Part shown: piece by piece, positions 1 to 12,561 of the stretch
How the letters are laid out: each line of letters begins with the position of its first letter
Position numbering within the stretch: position 1 is the stretch's first letter
Assembly (NCBI RefSeq): GCF_964355755.1
Contig: NC_092676.1
Coordinates: 19,424,871 to 19,488,870 of the forward strand
Reading direction: 5' to 3'
Length of the DNA stretch: 64,000 nucleotides
Origin: Antedon mediterranea
Lineage: Eukaryota; Animalia; Echinodermata
Notes under the pieces: generated by a model
Told to the model about the DNA's origin: nothing
The model's database searches: none
The model's input: the letters and a program-made list of their open reading frames with translations, nothing else
Program-made: the position numbers and the translations under genes

Positions 1-907
1 TTTGATTTAATTTATTTCTTGAGTATTGGTGTTTTAGGTATTTTGTTATTATATTAATTAATGTATATTATCTTACTAATACGATGGAAACGCTATTGAT
101 TCGATTGAAATGAAATCACAAATACTCAATTTGAGTGGAGAAAAATTAAGCATTTTGTGTATGCCTTTGGGTTCACACTTATTTTAAAAAAAAATATCGT
201 TGATAATCAGTCGATAGCATTTTCATTTACTTATACTTATGTATCCTATTGTTTATAATTTATATATATTATTTTGTTCTGCATTATCTTAATAATCCAC
301 TAACACAATCATTAGTTTATTGGGGTTAATACTACAATATATATATAATTATATATCAGTGAAGAATTGAGGTAATCTTTTTTACTCCGATATTGTTTAT
401 TATGTATACACCTTTCCAGTTATAAGCTATAAAGAAGAATTCAATTACATTTTGGTTGCCTTCAACTTTTTAAAAACTTTTTTTGTTGTGTATAGTAGCA
501 TCAGATTTAATATGTACGATGTATATTTTTGTCTCCTGAATGATAGATATAAATTTGTTTCCTTCAATTTTTAGCGATTTTTTAAAATTAATGTGTTTTT
601 TAAATTTGTATTTGACATTGTCATTAAATTTTTAAACACATAAACTTTGTTTGGGCTTTTTTTTTTATTATGATTATATTTACGCCAATTTTAGAAAAAT
701 TCTAATACATTAATTAATTTCCTGAACTTTGGCCATTTAAGAATTTACAAATTTATTTATTTTCTTCTAATAATATAAATCTACGCTTCATGTTATTCAG
801 TTCATTTTTTAAACATCCATCGTTTTTGGTTATACTTTTTAGTTCGTTTATGACATTTATCAATTGCTGTTACAACATGTACTATTTAAATTACAAAGAG
901 TTTTACT

Positions 908-1461
908 TAGATATGTATTGTCCCTTCGACTAATCCCAAAAAATTAAAAAATAAAAGATTTCGAAAAAAGATGGGTCATTTTGAAGTATCATAATAGTTA
1001 TTAACTATCACCAAAAATTTGTCGAAAAAAAAATCATTTAACTAAAATACAGACGTTTTTTTGTTTAAAAAATAACTTTGACTTCTAGTCAAAGTTTTCC
1101 ATCAAAACATATCCCATAATGAAATGCGCTTGTTTCGCTACTCTGTATGCATATTTCATAAAACTTCCTTGCGATCTGTGTGAAAATACCTTTTCAACTG
1201 TGACGAGTTGTAAATAATTCTAATTAGCATATGCATAATGCGTACTCGTGGTTTGAAATCTTTGTTTACTTTCGCTCGCGACGATTTTCCAGACGAAATG
1301 TTATCAAACTAATTTACCTGTTATTTAAGTAAACTTGTTGTTTTTGGCTCGAATTTTCGACTTTAAGTGAATAACTTTAATATTACTTTGATATGGCCAA
1401 TTTAAATTTAGAGTATTTTGACCTTTATTTTTTTGTGTTTCAAGGGACAATACATCTTTAA
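908..1461. mobile_element. MITE with TTAAAGATGTATTGTCCC-type termini (Kolobok-like)
   Basis: ATGTATTGTCCCTT ... AAGGGACAATACATCTTTAA inverted termini. Internal sequence recurs at ~24675-25015. Confidence 0.7.
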
Positions 1462-3769
1462 ATATTGCTTAGATACATAATCATGTAAATACATCAAACT
1501 TACTTTGAATGAATGTTTAAACTGTAATGTTATTTTTTCTTTATGCAAACAGCGGTAGCTTCATAAACAAGACAAACGATTATATGAAATGCATATGCAA
1601 AAAAATCTTCAAGTCTGGGAAGAAGTAACAATGAAACGACCAAGCAACTTAACTCAATCTCCGGCCTTACACCAAAAGGACGGAATTAAATCAACTTCAA
1701 GGCGGCAACCTTCTAATATTTATTATTATATATTCTATTTAATCTTATTTGAATTACACTGTGCATACTAAACGGGAGTGAGGCGCTTGGTGGACGGTTG
1801 CGCTCCATAGTAAAAGCTGAAATGTGTAGCAGTAAAGAAAAAAGAAAAAAAAGGAGGAAAAATTGAGGAAAAAAGTGGAGTCAGTTAGTTTCTTTGAAAT
1901 AAACAAAGATGATAGGAAAAGATAACTCGATTTGTTATCGGGTCGAATTAATGATAATAAATATGAATAATATTTACTTATCTGATGTAAAAATTAATTT
2001 AAATATTATATATGTATGTAAGTAAGCTTAATCGTTATAGTTTATTATATGTTTAAGAAGAAAACAAGTTACATGTCTGTCTGTGTATATTGATTGTTGT
2101 AAATATAGTTTGTAATGGAGAATTGGCGGCACCATTAAATATTAGATGTTTACGTATATAATTGATTTAAATATAAATCTGAATAAAGAGAATAGATGTG
2201 TCTATTATTAAAGTTCATTGTTGCATTCAACGTTTGCTGTATTTTGTCACTCAATGTCTTTCATAAACATTGTTTCGTTCATATGCACATTTTAAAGAAT
2301 GTAAATCTGAAAAATACTAGTAGGCATAGTAAAACAAATAGAAGTTGACCGTTATCATGAATCGAAACAAGAGAGTAGAGTAGTGTGAGATATAATGCAA
2401 TTTGGTGAAATTGACTTCCGAGAAACAATTAAACATGTATTAGCAATATGTAGGCCCATCTCAAGTTGGAAAAGTATGATGCGGTAGGTAGGCCTACTAT
2501 GAAGGCGTAGGCCTACTTGCCTCCTCTATTACGGATCTGAGTTTAAGTTTTTAACAGTACACAATCCTTTCATACCCGGCTACGTGTAGGACCTTGTTAG
2601 CATGTGCATCCCAATATTTCCAGTACATATATACATATATATTGATGTGAAAGGGATAAAATAGAATTACAAATTACAATTGTTCTTCTGGCTACGTGTG
2701 TTTGATTCTTCCAATTACATCTTTCCGACGAAGGAGTGTGGTATGATGATGGCACCCCAATTCTTCGCATTTTACTTTAATCATTTCAAACTTAAAATGC
2801 ATGTTCCATCTGCTTTTAAGGCGACGGATATCCTCTTTAAATTCTTGCAGAACCTTTCTAGTAGTTTGAACTAATAATATTACTTAATCTATAACCGGTA
2901 AAGCATTACCTTATAAAATAACTGAAGTAAAGGACAAGCTTAAAATGTAAGTGATGATGTAATGATTATTATTACCATCAACTTGTCATAATTTGTTGTA
3001 ATCATCGTATTTACTTAATAACAAGTTATTCCCTTTTTTACAGTACAAAATGTTCAAAAAGATATCTTTGTATAAATAAATATTTTATAAGTACATATTA
3101 CTTTAATTTTAAAACCGCTTTTATGTTTAGAACAAAATTAAGAGCAGCAATATTTGAATAAAGGGAGAAGGAAGAAGTATTCGCGTATAAGGCTACCGAT
3201 AGCCTTGCTCTGACCATGGAGTAAATTCTAAAAAGATGTAAAATTACTGTTTATACTTCGACTAAAAATATCTACAATTAATATGCTTAATGTAACTTTA
3301 AAATTGCTTCGATAAACGAAAAATGTGTGAAAAAGAAACGAAGCATTATATATGACTGTCACCAAAAATGTCGTTAGAAGTCTGTTTATTAGTCACAGTC
3401 AACTGCCATTATATAAACCTTGTTCCAAAAACATCTATATAATGATCGATTCTAGATCCATACTTATCATTACTGATACGAATTCCCTTGCATAGGCAAA
3501 GTATACGCATTAGTATATGTGACCTTTATGTTATATAATTACAGTCATTAGCTTTAGTAACGATTTTTTAAATCTTTTCGAAATCGTGGTTAGTATCTGG
3601 CTGTTGTTCAAAATTGTTCATCTGAATTTATGCATTGGATTCCTTATTTTTTATAATTTGTCATTGGATATATAAAAGAAATTACTCTATAACTTATGCG
3701 GATCATTACATCCACCTTTACTGTATGTTGAAAAGGTTATAGTATGCGAGTCGATGGACTTGTCCATAA

Positions 3770-3930
3770 AGTTTAGTTCCCACCAGGAGTCGATGCAACG
3801 CGCGCAAGCACGTAAGCGCAACGAAACCGAATTGGCCAATGACAAGCGACAATTTGGATAATCCATCTCTTGATTGGCCAAGTCACTTACTGTGACTTGT
3901 GTTGCGTCTTAGTGGTGTTGTGTCTTAGTT
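3770..3930. mobile_element. Small MITE (GTTCCCAC.AG…GCAACGC family); relative at ~28985-29125
   Basis: Shared GTTCCCAC(C/T)AGGA…GCAACGC…CCAAT/GATT…TTG(C/T)GTTGC layout in both copies. Confidence 0.5.
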
Positions 3931-5181
3931 TTTCCCGGAAAGAGTGAACCCTGGCATTCCTTTTATTTATATTTTTGTCTTAAACTCAAGTGTACATATG
4001 AAACGCCAGGTGTCCCAAAATATTTATATTTTTACCAATATTGAGCACGAAAATCCATCTAGAAAATAGTGAAGTATTCTTGATATACTGTATAGTTAAA
4101 CCCCTATTAAGGAGACACCATTGGGACACAACCAATTGTCCTCTTGGGTAGTATTTACACTAATCGCTTTTGGAATAGGTTACAAGTGTTCTAAACTTAT
4201 ATTGAAATGTGCAATATTGTGTTAAAATATACTGTATTTTTATAAAACCCAATAAAAAATATCAACATTGGTTCTAGCCATAAACTTTATTTTACTTCTA
4301 AAATAAATAGCACTTACGTAATACTAAATTTACGATTTCTGCTTAGTTAAATCAGCACACAGAGTACGAAAATAACTTTTTAAAATTGTACACTAAGCAT
4401 TTGTTCGTTTAGTTTGTGCAACATACATGCGGTAATAGATTTAATTACACAGGTATTAAAAAGTTTATAAAATAATACTATATTATCTTTACTTTGGATT
4501 ATGTCTATACTATAAGACTGGTTATTTTGTCCATGCATGATCATTTTTAATGATACTCTGGAGTCAGTATATACACTGTATACAGTATTGTAGAAACAAA
4601 ACAGTAATAAAATAGGTAGTCTAAAACTAACATTTGGTTTCTACTAGGATGTAATGCAAATAATTTGACCAATCCCAAATGATGAGGTCTCTTATGCTTT
4701 CCATGGTCTAATTACCCAATTACATCCATGCTACTACGTCTGTAGAAAAGTCCAAAATGTTTTTTTGTTTTAATTATTATTCGATATTGCATAGCAAAGG
4801 TCATTGAGATGGCAAGCACAAAACAAATGATGTGACTTCCTTATTTGGAAAAGGTGTAGCATAATTCTCTGACAGTACATTATAATGTATGCACATAGAC
4901 AATAATACGGTAGTCAATGACTATGTTTCAACCCACCAAGCAGATTAAAAGCCATTTAAGACATGTGTATTCGCAAAGACTGTCATTTCAATCATCGTCA
5001 ACATTCTATTGACTATATTTCAATCCGCCATGCAGAATAAAAGCCATTAGGGCACAAAGATCTTTAGAACTGTACATTATAGTATATGTATGAATCCATA
5101 ACAATACTTGTTGCAGTGCGAGTGACAGTATGTTCATTTGAGCACATACAAAATCTATCAAATTCTTCAATACGCATTGTT

Positions 5182-7055
5182 TCATATAGGTGCTACGTCT
5201 TCTGTGCTGGCCTCTGGTGCGTTCCAATGATCGGGCACTATCAATTTGATGTGCAGAGAGCAAATATCACAAGGAACAATAACATCATTTTTAATGTCCA
5301 ATTCCTGTAGTATGTAACTTCCACCACATCGGCAAGGATAGTATGCTACATCTGAAAAGAAAATATTAACCCTTAAATAATACCACTGATTTGACATTTC
5401 ATGATCATGTTTTGTCACATCACATGCTAACATAATCACTTATACTAGTATAGAGGGCTCACTCTATAATGACACGCTATCACACAATAAACTTAGCTAT
5501 ATCATCATGTCAATAGCACATAGAGAAGGCTGAATTGTAATTTTTGTACAAAAATGATTTTAAAAATATTAAACAGGCAAATTAAACAGATGAATACAAA
5601 AACAAAACAAAGTGAGAAAGAGAAAACGCTGTACAATACAATCAAAATATCATCAGATATGGGATAGGGCTATATTTTAAAAGTTTGTTATTGCATTCAA
5701 CTTCAACATAGTTTGCTGTATTTTGTCAATCAATGTCTTTCATAAACACGCGGTTCCAATTAGCACTTACGCAATACTAAATTTACGATTTCTGCTTATG
5801 TACATAAACACACAGTGTACGCCAACAATAGATCCATAGCAAAGCTATACTAATTACTTAAAACAGGGAGTAGTTATTCAAATAACTGCTTAAAACATAC
5901 CATCATCAAAGTCCATATCTTCAACTTCTACTTCTTCATTTACTGCTACTGATTGCTGCACATGTCTTTCTATACAGAAATAGATAATAATTGTTAATAC
6001 ATACTTACTAATGGTAAATTTACTATCCTATCATTTGCTTCAATCGCAGTTGAGAACATACTATGAGGTAATCTTTGACCCTTGATCTTTGACACACTTA
6101 ATTTTAACTGCTTGTGAAACAAACCATTCTTGAGATATGGTAATTATTGTATTTTTTACAGCATTTACCAGGCCACAGAAAAGTGGTATATAATTGTAGT
6201 GTTAGTTAGAGCTGAGGACAGCTAGATATTACAGGTTGTAAGTACATAAGTGTACCATTAGATTCAGCATCATACTGTCTTCTTGTATCATCATCCCCTA
6301 AAATCTTCCATGCTGCTTCCAGTTTTAGGTATTCATTTAAGGCAGCTTCTCTTTCACTCTCTTCAACTTTGTCCGGATAGCACTAGAAAACAAAGATTTC
6401 ATAATATTTTAATGTACACATCACAGAAATTTACTACATACACATAACCTATGTCACCACTTGTATTATTATAATTATTGGTAATAGCTTTGAATTAACC
6501 ATCATCAAAATTATCATGCCTGACTGACCTTGCAAGAGGCCTACACGTTTTGTACTTAAGACTAGCTAGGCTAGCTAGCTAGGGCCAATTCTACTTTATT
6601 TTATTATTACTTCCTACTAGCTAGGCATCGGCCTACTAACTATCTACAACATTTACTCCTGCATTTTTTTAAAGTAATAAGTAATGATTCAGTCCGACAT
6701 TTGGTCTATAAAATTATAATTATTCTAGGCAAAAACATGTTTTGTAGGCCATATTCAGTTAGGCCTACAACTCTTGTTTCGGGGATTTTCACGGGGAAAT
6801 ATCCACTTTCGACGTGATGACACGCTAACAAATAGCCTACTAACTAGGCCTAGCTAGAGGCTAGTAGTAGGCTAGGGAGTCTTGGGAAGCTCAATTGTTT
6901 ATTATGAATATTAGCTCTTTCTAATTTAAATATAATGCAAATTGTACCTTTAGCAATGCCTTTCGGTAAGATTTTTTCAATTCTTCTTTAGACGCAGAAA
7001 CATCACTGCCAATTATTTTATACAAATCAGCATGACTTTCTACTGCATCAGCCAT
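5182..7055 (-). CDS. DNAJC24: DnaJ homolog subfamily C member 24 / diphthamide biosynthesis protein 4 (J-domain + CSL zinc finger), 4 coding exons, 157 aa
   Basis: Exons 7055-6948, 6382-6256, 5969-5901, 5351-5182, all GT-AG and in frame (474 nt). Translation MADAVESHADLYKIIGSDVSASKEELKKSYRKALLK/CYPDK...AWKILGDDDTRRQYD.../...YPCRCGGSY...VPCDICSLHIKL. The J-domain plus CxC...CxxCSL finger is the DPH4 architecture. Confidence 0.93.
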
Positions 7056-7607
7056 CACAGCTACTCCATCCACCAAAAAACAACAACAATAGGTTTTGTT
7101 TTGTATAAAAATAGCGCCACCAACAACAAAATACTTTGCAAAATGTTTATGACGATTTTATTCATCTACATTATTTTAATTTATTTACAATATATTTTTC
7201 ATTGATTACCAAAGTAAGCAAGCTTAAAAATCCTTTTTCTTAAAATGCAATACACAAGTAAGTAAGGTTGTCATAATACACAAGCAAGGATCAAGTATTT
7301 GTAAGTGACTATCTGTATATTATAGTAATGGATAATAAATTTTATAGAAAATGGAGATGTTTAAAACAATAGCAAAGCAACTTTTATTAACCAAACTTAC
7401 ATGGGGAAATAAATAAAGAAACAGACATGAGGAGTTTACATTTAATTTGAGATTGATTGGGTAAATCATACAATACACCGTGCAATGTCCTGATGTACAG
7501 TCTATTGTCTGCTACCGGCAGCAGGCACCACGTGTGAGCGTTGATGTGTTGACAAACTCGAACAAACTTGAAAAGGGTAGGCAAAATGCATGTTGTTTTT
7601 CATAGGC

Positions 7608-10600
7608 CTATTCAGAATTGTTGATATTATCATCAATCTCACATCCAAACTCACTTGCAGCTGAAAAGAATGATTTAAGTACACAATCTTCTCTTGACGT
7701 GTTTTCTAATTTCTTCAATTCATTTATAATTTTCTCGATTTCAATAGCAGCTTCGCCAAGATTATTCTCATGCATATCAATTGCTGTTTTGACGATTGTG
7801 TACACGTCAAGCCCAATTGCCATCACACCAACTGCTATTCCAGCTGCTCTGAATGCTGTAATACCGATAGTCTTAACTGCTGCTCCGCCGATGTCATCTA
7901 ATAGATGTAAAGTCTTTTTTCCCACTAAAAAAAGTTCAAGATTATAGGTGTTAGGTATTAATAATAATAGTTTATCACATAGCACATAAGCAGTACAGAT
8001 TCTAAATGCGCTGTACATGAATTGAAGTAAAACATAAAATAGAAAAATTGCTTTTTATTTGATTGTAGAGTTATATTTAATAATAACTAGTTCTCAAATG
8101 GTGTTCTGGAGTGTATGTGTTTCGGACAACCCTTCATCGTCCCCTATCTCTATCGAACATTACCTAAACAAGGCTGCCAATATTTCAGTCTACAGTAATA
8201 TCATTTTTTTAAATTATTTTTTATTATAACCAGGCAAAAGCATTACATTTCTATTAAATTGTAGACATTTTAAGACACCTTTACAATTTTTAAATTTTAG
8301 AGGGTGAAAAATCTAGATATTTTTATTTATGATTCTTTTTGGAGAATTCTAAACATTAATATTAATCTTATATGATGCTCATCTTGGAAAACTGTTTTGG
8401 TTGTGCATGCATGCATTTCATTTATCATTATTCATTATATTGTCTGCCTGGCAGCGCATTTTTTCAATGCATAAGAATAAAAGCCGTGTTCCGCAGGCAA
8501 AAATTAACCGATAATTACCGAAAGAGTAAAAACAGGGTTTAACCGATTCCACTCGGAGAAAATTAGCCGATAATAATAATCTCATTAAAATCTGATGATA
8601 CTTATCGGATAAATGCGGTAATGTTTAATTGTTTACCTAATAAGACAAATTGTTGTGTTGTAAGTGGCCACTGTGTTGTTCGGTAATAACTGATCATGCG
8701 CAAGTTATTTTTTTAAATTAACAGATAACCCTTAGGCCTACATTTTTTTTGGGCTGTCGAAACGCGGCCATACCTGTTATTGCCGAGGATTGCAGTATGC
8801 CAGTGATGACCGAGCCGGTATTAGTCACTATCTTCATAACAGGAACAGACTTTCCACATATAACTTGAATAACTAGAAGGATAGATGTAAACATTAATGC
8901 CTACCATTCACATGGTAAGAAATCTTCAATAAACACGATTTCAACAAACTCAAAATACAACAAAATAAGCCTACAGTGTAGTCACTAGCAAACGTTTGTT
9001 CGGCAAACTCCAAATTTTATTTGGAGAAGATTGGGCCTACTGGGGGGCCTGTGTAGACAGCCTCCAGTAACCTTCTTTAAACAAAAATGTGATAGAGTAA
9101 CCAAGCTTTACGAAATAAACAAAAAGCATATAAAATTACCTTTACATACACCTTTAACTAATCCAATGACTATCATTGTTTTTCTTGCGATACCTGTTTT
9201 AAAAAAAAGATCAAACACTAAAAGCACACTATTACATAGTACAAGTGATGTATCTGTCAATTATAAATTGATTTCTTCTATTATGAAGTAAATCCTAATT
9301 CAATAATTATCATTCCTTCCTTTAGCTTTCGCAGTAAATTGCAATCGTAAAATAATAATTAGGCCTAACTTCAATAAATTCATAAAAAAGCTTCAATAAA
9401 TAATTGGTATCAAGTTGATAATAAATTCCTTTATGGTATTTACTTACGTATAGCAACTTGTATTGCGTTTTTGACTTTGTTAAACACGACCACAATTTTA
9501 TCAAATTTCTGTGCAGTTTTCATATGGGCTTTAATAGCGTCGTGGTATTTCTTTTGAAGTGTTTCCAAGTTTTCGAATATGTTGCCATCCTGTATCAGTT
9601 CATTAGCTGTTTGAGCTGATTTGCTTTGTAATATTTCATCTGCAATTGAGGCACCACCAGCCACAACTCCGCCTGTAGCTCCGACAGCCATTCCGCCTAT
9701 AACAGCAACTGCAATAGGTGTAGCAAATCCAGCGGTGAGGAAGCTTAGTCCAATTGCACCTATACTCACAACTGTTCCAACTATCGACACTGACGCACCG
9801 GTTAGCTTAGCAATTCCAGACCGTTTTTTACGAGTTTTTATCTGTTCAACAACTGTCTTTAGATCTTGTATTAATATTGTTCGACTTTTGTCCCATTTAA
9901 TAACTTCATCTTCAAATTCCCTTTTAGCATCCTGCATTTTGCTGAAAGACTCTACGGTTTCTATCGCATGAGATTCTGTTTCTTCTTTACAGTTATACTC
10001 ATCACTGAACAAGGTGTTTGCAATCACTGGTATGGCAGGAATGGCAGTCTTGATGCCTTCAAAGATCATTCTACAAAATAAAATGTTGGCACTATAAAAG
10101 TTTATTAATATTCAAACGACAAATAGGCTCAGCAATATGTTGTGAGGAGTATGATTTACCCTTCCGAAATTATTCCTTCCTTGCAAAAGATGGTAATATA
10201 TAAATAAATAAATAAATGGTAACTGCACATAAGCTAATTATCTTTTAAATGGGCTGATAAAACAAGCAATGATGATAATCTAGCATTTGTGCCTTTAAAG
10301 ATGTATTGTCGCTCAAAAACATGAAGAATGAAGGTTAATTAAATCAGATTTTAAATAGGCGGGTTGTTTTGTAGTTTTAATAAAGTTAATCACTTCAGTA
10401 GAAAACAAGGCCAACAGCCACTAAGTCGCGTGCTACAATGCATAGTGATACCGGACCGACAGACAGACCGACCGACCGACAGACAGACCGACAGACAGAC
10501 AGACCGACCGACCGACATAGTGAACTATACTGACCGAAATTACTAAACATGTTTAAAAATGTTGAAATGTTTAAAAACATTTATATTTTTTTAATTTACA

Positions 10601-11925
10601 CGTGCGTAGCCTGTCACTTTTGACGTGCTCGTATAACGTGATTTCGAGTTGAAAAGTAAGTCAAGAAAACAGAAATCGGGCAAAAAGAGTGCGCAATAAC
10701 ATTTAACGTGTAGTGCGCGCGCAAAAATATGCGCACTCATGGCAATTTTGTAAACGCTTAAAATTGCCTGAAACGTACTCTTATTTAATTTCATCGAAAA
10801 TAAATTTTGAAAATTTTAAGCGCGCGTACGCATGCGTTACATGCGCTACGCACGTAATTGTATTGCCATATGATGATTTATGCCCTGAAATTTATGAGTA
10901 CCAAATTTTATTTAATTGTGATTCATGGTTGTGAAGATATGATTACAAACGTGATTTCGTTAAATCGTGCGTAGACCGCGTAATTTTTTATTGCGCACCG
11001 TGAAAACATAACCACATTGATTCCTGGCCATAAGGAATATACTGTGAAAAATTGACCTAGCTAGATTAAACTGATATCAAGATAAGGTCAGAAAGCGATA
11101 AAACGCATAGTGATACCGGACCGACAGACCGACAGACAGACCGACAGACCGACCGACCGACATAGTGAACTATAGAGTCGCTTCCACGCGACTAAAAACT
11201 GGAAAAAAAATGTTCTCACTTTGTTGAATTTAACCCAAAAAATCATTGGATGACAGCCAATTTGACTAGTTTTTGCTTTACATTAGATTTTCTTTTTAGA
11301 TCCAATTTTTGGTCAACTATTATGTGGGATTAAAATGGCATAATTATTTTTTCAGGGGGACAATATATCTTTGCTGGTTATGGGTATAGTGTATGAAAAA
11401 TGTGTTAATTATTATAACGGTTTATCTAGTACTACCTGTACCAAGAAAAACTTTCAGATTATCTTTTGTTTGTTTTAAATGTGAACATATGTTTATGTGT
11501 ACATATAATATTATCCCATTTATTTATTTTGCAATTGCGAAATATACTAATTTACAAACAGAAGCAACAAAGTGATGGCGTTTTTGTGGACTTTGTGACT
11601 TTCTGTACTCTAAGCTGTGTACATATACAGTAGAACTCCTATTGGGACCCAAGGTTCCCGTTGAATAGTGTTCTACAGGAACGTAATTAAAATAATCCAC
11701 AAATTCGTTTTAATATCTAGATATTTTCTATAAAACTTACGTCCATTCAGAAGGACCTTTTGCTTGTTCGTTGTATACTTTTACTGCAAGATTACCTCCA
11801 CATGTTGCAATGAGAGGACTGTCGGTTTCCTCTTCATTACTATGATGCTTAATTGATGATTTGATAATAGATGCCGTTTCTGTTGTTACTTTAATCACTA
11901 AATCGAGTTCAGCTAAACCCACCAT
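7608..11925 (-). CDS. Apolipoprotein L-like protein, paralogue A (5 exons, ~425 aa)
   Basis: Exons 11925-11741, 10070-9448, 9193-9140, 8872-8774, 7924-7608; GT-AG, in frame (1278 nt). Has the APOL-type Gly/Ala-rich hydrophobic hairpin (IAKLTGASVSIVGTVVSIGAIGLSFLTAG...GGVVAGGASIADE) and C-terminal GLDVYTIVKTAIDMHE...EAAIEIEKIINEL segment resembling the APOL C-terminal zipper. Confidence 0.85.
10295..11372. mobile_element. Kolobok-like MITE split by the HINE insertion
   Basis: TTAAAGATGTATTGTC ... GGGGACAATATATCTTT. The two halves join to match the uninterrupted copy at 41753-42072 in reverse orientation. Confidence 0.75.
10402..11198 (-). mobile_element. ~0.8-kb Helentron/HINE-like element with (GACA/GACC)n microsatellites, copy 1 (APOL-A intron 1)
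   Basis: Ends AAAACAAGGCCAACAGCC..AAGTCGCGTG and GAGTCGCTTCCACGCGACTAAAAA (sub-terminal inverted repeats plus hairpin), two tetranucleotide microsatellite blocks. Near-identical to 19469-20301. Confidence 0.82.
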
Positions 11926-12418
11926 TGTATTAAACTTTCGAAAGATGTTTTAACGTAGTTTATCCACGGACTTAATTTATAGGTCCATTGTTTATCTATC
12001 TATCAAATATCCAACCAATCAGTAGTCACATAATAAAATTGGTACAGGACACTGTAGCTATTTGTTATGTTGGGTGATAAAAGTATTGAATTTGTAAATA
12101 AAGAGTCTGTACTATGTTTGACTGGTCCAATCATTTACTGATAACCCGGTTCAATAATATTAGGAACAATAATGTTTGGCCTATAAACCATAGGCCTACC
12201 ATTTTTAATACCTATCAATCCAAAGGCAAATTACTGAAAAAAAGTGCTGTGTGCATCAGTGACTGAATGTAAACAAATCAAAAATGCAAATAGATAAAAA
12301 GTAAAACAGCCAGATAAAAGTGCTTTTAAAAATATGTTTAATATATATATATACTAATATAACAATGATTGGCCATCCGTTACCCGTTACTATACTTATC
12401 AACTTCCAAACGATATAC

Positions 12419-12561
12419 TAAACTCTGTCTACACTATCAAACTTTATGTGACAAAAAATTGTAGTGTACATATGGACAAGATGACGTCATATCACTACCA
12501 TGTTTGGGCACATAACACTTTTTTTGTCAAACTAGTTTGATATAATAGTAGAAAAAGCTTA
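12419..12561. mobile_element. ~140-bp MITE (AGCTCTGTCTACACTATCAAAC termini; Harbinger-like)
   Basis: Family also at ~12738-12882, 19310-19448, 39303-39414, 42630-42750, 44087-44219 and 47310-47452; inverted termini CTCTGTCTACAC/GTGTAGACAGAG with TAA/TTA flanks. Confidence 0.72.

Noticed and set aside
1553-1771. Possible terminal exon of an upstream plus-strand gene
   Set aside because: A plausible acceptor precedes it, but there is no recognisable homology and the frame is ambiguous.
9621-9971. Plus-strand ORFs 7618-7947, 9621-9971, 14108-14293, 16311-16685, 28665-28883 and 29966-30478
   Set aside because: Antisense shadows of APOL-like exons.
10364-10934. Short ORFs in GACA/GACC microsatellite elements (also 19330-20325 and 34627-38565)
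   Set aside because: Chance frames inside non-autonomous repeats; no transposase or Rep/helicase motifs.
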